This document shows, piece by piece, positions 10,462 through 18,700 of a DNA stretch of 64,000 nt. This DNA comes from an uncultured delta proteobacterium (GTDB lineage Bacteria; Desulfobacterota; Desulfuromonadia; Geobacterales; DSM-12255), in the NCBI GenBank assembly GCA_963787125.1, contig CAWBBV010000007.1, positions 160,001 to 224,000 of the forward strand, read 5' to 3'. The notes beneath the pieces are model-generated. The model was not told the origin of the DNA. It saw only the letters and a program-made list of their open reading frames with translations, and did not search any database. A program made the translations under genes and the position numbers. How positions within the stretch are numbered: the stretch's first letter is position 1; each line of letters starts with the position of its first letter.

Positions 10462-11793
10462 TTATTGAATACAGAGATTATCTATCACAACGGTTCCGCT
10501 CACAATTGTCACTGTCCCGGCTACAATCGATTGGCCCGCATAATTCGCAGTATAGTCGCTGTTATAGCCGCCTCTGATGGTTACTGTCTTGACTTGATTG
10601 AAACTGATGGTTTCACTGAACGTTGCTGCTTTGAGCTTCAGGATGCTGTCGGTCAATGCCGCGTTGTAGGCGGACTGTAAAGTGGAATATCCCGTTGAAG
10701 TACCGTTAGGAAAAGCAACTACAGCATTCTGAGCAGAATCGTAAGAGAAATTCGCATCGGCTACAGTGTTACTGGACAGAGTGAATGAGCATGTCCCGGT
10801 GCCAGTACATGCACCGCTCCAATTATTTAACTTATATCCAGGAAGTGGAACCGCCGTTAACGTGATATAAGCGCCAGTGGGGAAAGATTTCGGGTTGCTG
10901 GCACTCCATGATGCGCCAACATTGCTTGTCACAGAACCATATGCGCCAGTCGGGAAGGAAACATCCAATGTCTTAGTAGTGCCGGTTACGCTCAGAAGAA
11001 ACGATTGTCCTCCAAGTAAATATACATTGCCTGCATTTGCAGTGAGATTAACGAATATCGAGCCGTCATTCAGGGACACTCCGGAACCGAAATCAGCGTT
11101 TGTTGTTGAAGTCGTAAACGAGCCGTAATCAAGTCTGACATCTCCTGTCTGAAACAGAACTACTTCAAAGTTGTGGGGTCTGCGCCGTCCTTCGTCGGTA
11201 TATGTCTCAGTCTGCCATTCAATGACTACCCGTTCGGGACTGGTCTTATGCTGGATGAAAACACCACCGGTAAGGTAGGAAGACAGGTCGTTATTCCAGG
11301 CGGCAATAACAGGGCTGCGACCATTGCTGGCAAGGTTGAAGGAGTGAGCAGAACCGGTGCTGCCAAACCAGATGTTGCCATTGGTATCGACGGTTATCTG
11401 ACTAAATGATTGCCCGTAAAATGAGGCAGACCACGGCATGGTATAAGTTACGCTGGATTCATCGCCATAGGTACTGGTGTAATCGGCAGTCGGCAGTTTC
11501 AGGCGGTCTGCATCGGTACCGTCCCAAGCAGTTGTTGTCGATGCAAGCGTGTAATAGGCATCAAAAACACTGACGCTCATAGTGCTTGCTTCTGACTCGG
11601 ACAAAGTGGTTGACATCATTGTGTCAGATTCGAGGGTGGGACTGGAAAGCGATGTGGTCGGGTCGGAACCGTTGGTGGTGTAATAGATGGTTGCCGGTTC
11701 GTTGGCAACGAGGTTTATCGCTTTGGCAGCTGTTGGAAAAGCCATTAACAGCACTCCCAGGAAGAGGGTTCGTTGTGTCAAACTTCTTGACAT
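10462..11793 (-). CDS. Secreted surface protein (chitobiase-C-like stub, nidogen-like domain, bacterial Ig/B-repeat); native start displaced by the IS
   Basis: ATIYYTTNGSDPT, ITVDTNGNIWF..IAAWNNDL, WSGACTGTGTC; first codons of the ORF lie inside the IS end. Confidence 0.7.
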   Translation of the reverse strand: MSRSLTQRTLFLGVLLMAFPTAAKAINLVANEPATIYYTTNGSDPTTSLSSPTLESDTMMSTTLSESEASTMSVSVFDAYYTLASTTTAWDGTDADRLKLPTADYTSTYGDESSVTYTMPWSASFYGQSFSQITVDTNGNIWFGSTGSAHSFNLASNGRSPVIAAWNNDLSSYLTGGVFIQHKTSPERVVIEWQTETYTDEGRRRPHNFEVVLFQTGDVRLDYGSFTTSTTNADFGSGVSLNDGSIFVNLTANAGNVYLLGGQSFLLSVTGTTKTLDVSFPTGAYGSVTSNVGASWSASNPKSFPTGAYITLTAVPLPGYKLNNWSGACTGTGTCSFTLSSNTVADANFSYDSAQNAVVAFPNGTSTGYSTLQSAYNAALTDSILKLKAATFSETISFNQVKTVTIRGGYNSDYTANYAGQSIVAGTVTIVSGTVVIDNLCIQ

Positions 11794-13592
11794 GTCTTTT
11801 TGCTTTTCAGTTCTAATTTCAATGCATTACCAATCAAAGTCTTGCCTCCCCCCGTGATTCTGGTTAAGAATGCCAGTTATGGAGGGCTAGCTCATGTCGT
11901 ACCTATCCAAAACTGCCCGGTTTGTTGTCTGGATTTGCTCCAAGTTTACAAAGACCGAGATTGAACAGATCGTCGTCGGGTTGTCAGATGTCCTCGAAAA
12001 TCGTAATCCTGAAGTTAAGCCAAAGGACGATTTCAAAGAGAAACATCCGAACTACAGAAACTTTATTGTCGATCCCAAGCCGCCACTGACTGAGCCCCCA
12101 AAGTTTAAAAAAAAGACCTCGATCAAAAAGACTACCGGCAACTCCTGATTGAGTACGAAACACTTCACGGAAAGTCTCTTGCTCCGGTCAAGCTCCGGGC
12201 GGGTTCATCACCGGTTCCAGTGCATGTCACCTGTCCCTGCTGCGGAGCGCCAAATACTTATCTCTACTTCAACGACGGAAAGAAGCGCTCTCAAGTTCTC
12301 TGCAAGGTTTGCTCTCAACTCTTCCAACTCCAACAGCGCTTCAGAACCAACAGAAAGTCAAAGCTCTTCTGTCCCCATTGCGGGCTGGCTCTCTTCAGGT
12401 GGAAGTCGCAAAAGGAAGTGACCATCCACAAGTGCCCAAATGATAACTGTCCTCACCGTATCCAGGCGCTTGCCAAGCTCAATAAAGCCGAGAAAGAGCT
12501 GATGAAAAAGAAAAGTTCTCAGTTCAAAATCAACTACCAGTACCGCGAATATCACTACAAACCGGAAGAGTTGGAACTCTCTTCTCCGGACAAACCGCCG
12601 GTCGAACTGGCGAGAATCCATAACAGCGAAAACGTGCTTGGCCTGATTCTGACTTTCTATGTTTCATTCGCCGTTCCGGCCAGAAAAACTGCTCAAATCC
12701 TGCGCGAAGTCTTCTGTATCAAGGTTTCTCATCAGACAGTTCTCAATTATGCCGCTGGCGCCGCCTGGCACTGCCACCGATTCAATCTCAAGCATAAAGG
12801 CCATATCGATAATATCTCTGCAGGTGATGAGACCTACATCAAGATCCTGGGCAAGCACCATTATGTCTTCTTTTTTATCTCGGCAAAGAACCTGAAAATC
12901 TCCGCCTATCACGTGGCCGATAACAGGGGCACTCAGCCTGCCATTATCGCTATGAATGAAGCCATCAGGACTGCTTCTGCCGATCAGCAAATAACCCTTG
13001 TCAGCGACGGAAACCCTTCTTATCCAGCTGGCATTCATTTCATCAATGCCCAGACTGATGATTCCCAGACGATTCAGCACAAAAAGGTTATTGGCCTCCA
13101 AAACCTTGATGCCGAGTCCGAAGAGTACAGATCCTTCAAGCAGCTCGTTGAGCGGCTCAACAGAACCTTCAAGTATCATGTAAGGCCAGCAGCAGGATTC
13201 AACAGCACAAACGGTGCGGTATCTTTAACTACGCTGTTTGTGACCCACTACAACTTCCTCAGGCCTCACATGTCGCTAAAATATCTACCACCGGTGCCTT
13301 TGCAGGAGTTGAAGGCACTGCCGACCATTCAGGCTAGATGGACCAAGATCCTCTCGCTAGCTGCCTGACTTCCCGTCTTCAAAGATCAATTTACTGATTG
13401 TTGTTTTAATCTGACCAACTATCTCACGTGCCTGGTCACAGAGTGGCTTGCCCAAAATTCAAGCCAGTAACCACAAAGTAGTGAAGTCACAGTCTGGACA
13501 GACTCGGAAAAGATGCAGATGAAGGGCATCGTTTACTTTCGAGTACTTTCCATTTCAATATCCCGGCTTTTCATGAAACTTTTGACACTATC
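11771..13592 (+). mobile_element. 1822-bp insertion sequence, DDE transposase (IS6/IS240-like catalytic domain), 8-bp target duplication
   Basis: AGAGGGTT at 11763-11770 and 13593-13600; imperfect terminal IRs cgttGTGTCAAA / TTTGACACtatc; removing the element restores an intact gene. Confidence 0.9.
11894..13368 (+). CDS. Transposase in two frames joined by a probable -1 frameshift (about 490 aa fusion)
   Basis: ORF 11894-12148 has in-frame A_AAA_AAG at 12109-12115; -1 frame is open to 13368 with CxxC fingers, DETY, SDG, VERLNRTFK. Confidence 0.85.
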
Positions 13593-13626
13593 AGAGGGTT
13601 ATTGCCGTTATGCCGGATAATTTCAT
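13593..13626 (-). pseudogene. Orphaned native 5' end (MKLSGITAITL) of the gene ending at 10462
   Basis: ATG 13626 with AAGGAG SD; joins in frame to FLGVLLMAFPTAAKA across the TSD. Confidence 0.85.
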
Positions 13627-13667
13627 CGGTCTGCTCCTTGGTGGAACTATATTCAATGCGCGAAACC

Positions 13668-14999
13668 TCAATGGGAGGTTGTGCCTGAACTTGTTGAACT
13701 TGGTATCGGTGCTGCTGTTCTACTACTACACGGTATAGGCAGAGCTGGCGGAGTTCCTTCGCCAGTGGTAACTGCTGTCATAATGATACCTCCCGGTGAT
13801 GAATTCAAAACATCAAATCTTATTGTAGCAAAAGAACCGTTTCCGAAAATTAATTTGCCACCAATCGTTATTATCAGAACTCCGGGTACAGTGGTATCTG
13901 TGGTCAAATTTGCGCCAGTTGCCAGTCCATCGGCTGTCACTTGCGGATTACTAAGAATTGCGCTGTTGTAAGTTATTCGCAGTTGCGCATTCGCTAGATT
14001 AATCAGATTGCTCCCCCTGAAATCGAATACTCCGTTGCCGGAAGAAACTAGCATTAATACATTTCTCTGCTTAACGGTGACGGTTGCTATGGCACTTTTC
14101 GACGAATCGACCATGCTGGTTGCTTTTACATGGTAGGTTCCTTGCGTCTCAGGGGCACGATAAAGTCCGTTTGAAGTGACCGTGCCGCCGTTCTCTTCAA
14201 TAACGCTCCAGGTCAGCGACTGGTTGCTAACTCCACTAATGACCGCTGTAAATGTGGTTTCCGCATTTGGCTCCAAAGTCTTACTGGCAGGCATGATGGC
14301 GATAGCACCTGCTGCCGGAATCGGGACGGTAATAAGATTCAGCACAGATGAGCTTAAGTGCTCAATGCAAAACTGTTTATGGCTGTTGTCAGTCTTATCA
14401 GTAATTGTCACAATCCCGCTGCCAGTCGAGAAATCAACCATGTCAAAGAGCAGGTCTATTCCCTGGCGATTGGCGACAAATGGGGCATTGATGAAGTCTG
14501 CATTGGTTGCCCCCAGTTTTGTCAGTGTTGGTTGCAGTGCAGTCTTGACAGCAGCAACAGCGCCGGTCAGACTATTCGCTAAAAACAGCATGGTGTGCGG
14601 TGTAGGAGCGGTGTAGAGAGTTGCCAGGTCTTGATTGCCGTATGCCTCTGCAAGTGATAGGTTTGTGAGAGGATTTATATTGGCGATGCCAGGAACTGAA
14701 GCGAATGAATAAAGCGTTACAGTGCGTCCATTTGCCGTCCCGACTGCTTTCAGAAGATAGGGTGCGTTCAGTCCGTTAAGCGTGAAAGAAAACGCCCCAT
14801 CAGCTGCTATGGGAGAAGAAAGTTCCTTTACAGGGTTTGATGAATCCTTCAGATAGACCGTACCGACTAGAGGAGCACCCGAAGCGGCAACTCCCGACAA
14901 TTGTGTATTTGTGCTTGCATCGTTGCCACCGCTACTGCACCCAGCAACCAGAAAGCCAAGCAGTATTATGACGTGATAAAAGAGGCTGCGATTGCTCAT
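13668..14999 (-). CDS. Lipoprotein with Ig-like and cohesin-like domains
   Basis: Lipobox LVAGC after MSNRSLFY; SGVAASGAP, NINPLT, WSV..GGTVT..GLY.AP Ig repeat. Confidence 0.7.
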   Translation of the reverse strand: MSNRSLFYHVIILLGFLVAGCSSGGNDASTNTQLSGVAASGAPLVGTVYLKDSSNPVKELSSPIAADGAFSFTLNGLNAPYLLKAVGTANGRTVTLYSFASVPGIANINPLTNLSLAEAYGNQDLATLYTAPTPHTMLFLANSLTGAVAAVKTALQPTLTKLGATNADFINAPFVANRQGIDLLFDMVDFSTGSGIVTITDKTDNSHKQFCIEHLSSSVLNLITVPIPAAGAIAIMPASKTLEPNAETTFTAVISGVSNQSLTWSVIEENGGTVTSNGLYRAPETQGTYHVKATSMVDSSKSAIATVTVKQRNVLMLVSSGNGVFDFRGSNLINLANAQLRITYNSAILSNPQVTADGLATGANLTTDTTVPGVLIITIGGKLIFGNGSFATIRFDVLNSSPGGIIMTAVTTGEGTPPALPIPCSSRTAAPIPSSTSSGTTSH

Positions 15000-15078
15000 T
15001 TCATATCCTTGATTTTTGTAAGATGTCAGTGCCTGACCCCTGTGGTTAAACGACATATGTGGTTAATCAATTACAATT

Positions 15079-15492
15079 CTACTGAAAAGTAACCGGAAGG
15101 TTATATTGTTGAGCAAATTTACATAACGTAATTAGCCGTAATATAAGGGGTTCACCGTCAACATCAATGAATGACTCATAAAGATTAGTAGGCTCAATTC
15201 CAAGAAGGTTTGCAGTATCTAGCTGCCAATCTGATAGAAACGGTTGTGGAGGCATTTGAGCAAATGCATTTACTATTTCAGTTAATTCTTTTTCAAGATT
15301 AACACAGTCATTCGCTGTCCATTCGCCATCGCAGTCAGAATGCAACATTAGGAGTGGGAACTTACTCCCCTCTATTCCATTTTCGAGTAATTTGCAGATG
15401 GCATTCCTAAATGCTCCAAAATCAGAATAATGACCAACATCAACACCACAAACATCTTTATCAGAATCAAAAATACATAAATACAAACTCAT
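15079..15492 (-). CDS. Predicted immunity protein, Imm70-like
   Basis: VG..SDF..F...I...LE....GSKFPLLM motif; low GC; downstream of the Rhs toxin. Confidence 0.65.
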   Translation of the reverse strand: MSLYLCIFDSDKDVCGVDVGHYSDFGAFRNAICKLLENGIEGSKFPLLMLHSDCDGEWTANDCVNLEKELTEIVNAFAQMPPQPFLSDWQLDTANLLGIEPTNLYESFIDVDGEPLILRLITLCKFAQQYNLPVTFQ

Positions 15493-15493
15493 A

Positions 15494-15775
15494 TTAAACC
15501 TTCCTTATCTGAACCTTGCACCCAACAGATTGCACAAAGTCATTTAATGAAGCATGTATTTTGCATTTAATTGGCACTTGAATAACCAGTTGCATACTGC
15601 TTTCTATCGCACGAAAGCTGAGTAAACGGATTTGGTAGGTAAGGCGTAACTCTGTTACATTTTTAAATAAGTAAATTATATTCCCCTTTTCAGCATCAGC
15701 TAACGCGCCTCGCAATGTTTGAAATTTCGAATATCTGCAATGGTTAATAATGTCTACATATCCATTCGTAGTCAT
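15494..15775 (-). CDS. 93-aa protein resembling the upstream REase-fold toxin domain but lacking the catalytic Glu
   Basis: ATG overlaps the Rhs stop (ATGA); LRG..D..YLFKNV..L..YQIR aligns by eye with toxin LKG..D..LEIK..L..YQLR. Confidence 0.65.
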   Translation of the reverse strand: MTTNGYVDIINHCRYSKFQTLRGALADAEKGNIIYLFKNVTELRLTYQIRLLSFRAIESSMQLVIQVPIKCKIHASLNDFVQSVGCKVQIRKV

Positions 15776-18700
15776 TTGACGTTCACCCCCCAACCAAGTA
15801 GGTAATTTTCAAACGTAGGGTTAATTGGTCGTGTCGTTTGGATAGTTAACGCATTATTTTCTATTACGGAACGATATACTTGCATACGAAGCTGATATGA
15901 CGAGTCTAAAGTGCTGGAGCCTCCCTTTATTTCTAATAACCCATTTTGAGTACTATCTAATATAGTGCCTTTTAAAGCCCCTGTAGGAGTACGTTTCGGC
16001 TCTCCGACAACAATACGAAAAGAAGCACTCTCAGCTTGCGCCGCAGAAGGTCGCCAAACTTTTGTATTTTTTGTAGCGTTAAGTGCAGATAGTTGCTGAG
16101 TTTCAAAAGCTTGACCTGCTGTTAGTTGAGAAGGCGACCCCCCGCACCTTGCTGAAAGGTTGCCTGAATTAATTGATATGCCTCCTCCGCCACTAGGGAA
16201 ACGCGAAATGTTAGCCGGTGTGTCTGGTGTAAATTCGGACAGTCCAAAAGGGTCTATATAGTTTTGTACATTACTCCCAACATACCGGTAAAAGTTGGCA
16301 TCACCAGACTGGAAAGCAATCGGGTCTTTACTGATGAAATTTCCATCAATTAAATCCCGCGTCCTCTCCCGCATATAGAGAGTTCCAGTCTCCCAGTCAT
16401 ATTCCCTTCCGGTATGCTGGTAACTGTTCCTGAAATCGGTGCTTGCTGCTGCCATACCATAAGCATCATAGGTGTAACTCTGCACCGGAAACGGCAGAAA
16501 GCTCTGAACCGTTATGTTCGTAATGCTCCCCAGTCCGTCGGCATGATAATAGAAGTACTGTCCATTTCTCTCCATCGCCAAAGGCTCATCAATGCCATGC
16601 CCGTGAGTGACAAACGTCTTCTCCGTAACGCCTGCCGTGGTGAAATATTCGACAACGATATCTTCCTTATCGTAGACGTAATTGGTCGTTTCCGTCTCAG
16701 TGACGCCGCTCTTGGTCTGAACAAATTTCTTCTCAATCCTTCTGCCAAACGGGTCGTATTTGTATGTGACGGTTTTTACTTCAGTCCCCTTGACTTTCTC
16801 TTCCTTGGTCAGTCGATTATTTAAATCCCATGTGCGTATCCATGTCTTGTCAGTTGCACTGGGGACGGTCTTGGTGGCCTGGTTCCCATGGTTGTCGTAA
16901 CCATAAGTGAGCTTCCGCCCTTGGATTATCTGGTTAGCAGCGTTGCTTTTATAGGTGGTATCGCTTGCACTTGGACCGGTCAGTCTGTTGCCAGCGGCAT
17001 CATAGGTAAACGCTTCCGATTTGGTGGTTGTAACTGAGAGGAGCCGATACAGTTCATCATAGCCGTAGGTCTCATTCACTGTTCCGGTTTTTGTAAGGCG
17101 GTTGCCAACCTGGTCATGGGTGTAATAGTAGGCTGCAAAAGGGTCGTAACTGTAGTAATTCCCTCCAAAGGTTGAGTGATGATAGGTGTTCTTATAATGA
17201 ATTATTGAGGTAAGACGTCCTAGGTCATCGAAGGTCCAATCTGCCCTTGTATAGTTAGGGTAAGTAAGGATATCGCGCCTTCCCAGCGTGTCGTAACTGT
17301 AGGTAAACATTCCAGCGTTAGAATAGATATGCGCCGGGCGGTTGGCGTTGTCGTAGTCGTAGCCGATGCTTCTTTGGTCAGCAGTGCCAGGAAGGTAGGT
17401 AACGCCATTGCGTTGCCCATTTCCATCATACTGGTCATATCTGACAACATTGCTATTGGTATCAGTTACACTCAGAAGGCGTCCATCGTTGTAGTAGGAA
17501 TAAGTGTAGCCAATGTTCTGATTGGAGGCAGTTTCAAGTTGTCCAATTGCAGTATAGGTGTAATGCTCGTATGTGCCGTCAGTAAAGGATTTGTCGGTTA
17601 TCTGCCCTCTATTGTTGTAAGTGTAGGTAACCAGCAATGTCCCCGGTGTAGATGCCGTGGCATCGTACTTTTCCTTGAGCGGACCATTGTCGTAGTAGGT
17701 GTAGTGAAGTTTCTTACCTAGCGGGTCAGTTTCGGCATCGAGGCGTCCCAGATGGTCGTATTGATAGACGGTATGGGGCTGGCTTGTGAACGGGGTATTC
17801 TTGGCTACATTTGCGTCATAAACGGCAACGAGCTTGTCGATGCCGTTCAGTTCGCTGCCGCTGTAAATGAAGATAGTTTCATTCAGTTTGGCATCGATGA
17901 TTTTCTTTACCTGGCGGTTGAAGTTGTACTCGTATTTAGTCTCGTGCTGCTCGGCATCTATGCTGGAGGTGAGGTTGCCAGCAAGGTCGTAGCCATACTG
18001 TGTAACATTGTCAGGGAATGTAGCTGTGGTCTTGGTAACCTTTATTATTCGATTCAGTGCGTCATATTGTTGAGTCGAAGTGAGTTTGATTGCCCCCGAT
18101 GAATCTTTCAACTTAATGATAAGCGAATTGCCATTATTGTCATAGCTTGTGACTGCGGTGTTAATTCCTGCTGGGTCAGTAACTGTACACAGCAGTCCGA
18201 CATAAGGAGCTGTACAGCCAGCAGCACTATTCGGATAGTAGGTAAAACTGGTGGTTTTGGTGTTGGCATCGACAGTCTGACTTATGGAGCCGTTTGAATT
18301 TTTTTTGGTAACGGTGATGTGACTTGTCGTAGTTGTGTAGTTGCCCGGAGTGGAAGTGGCTGTTACGACCTCGCCACCGTTTTCCGTGGAATAGGCAAAG
18401 GATGTGGAAATAGTTGTTGCACCCCGTTTGTCGGCAATATTGTTTATCCGGTCATAATGCCCTGGAAGGTTGTCATAATCATAACTGTAGTGCCGTGCTG
18501 CTTTAATGGGAGGTGTTCTACTTGCCAATGTTGCAACGTCGGTGACAGCATCCGGGTCAATAGCCGGACTGTACGTTGACACGTCAACGGGGTCAGTCTC
18601 TATTTCAAGGTTGCCGTAGGCGTCGAATTTGTAAAAGGTCGTGAGTCTGGTTGCGCCGTCTTTGGGTTCAGTCTTGGCTTTGACCAGACCGTTTGCGTAG

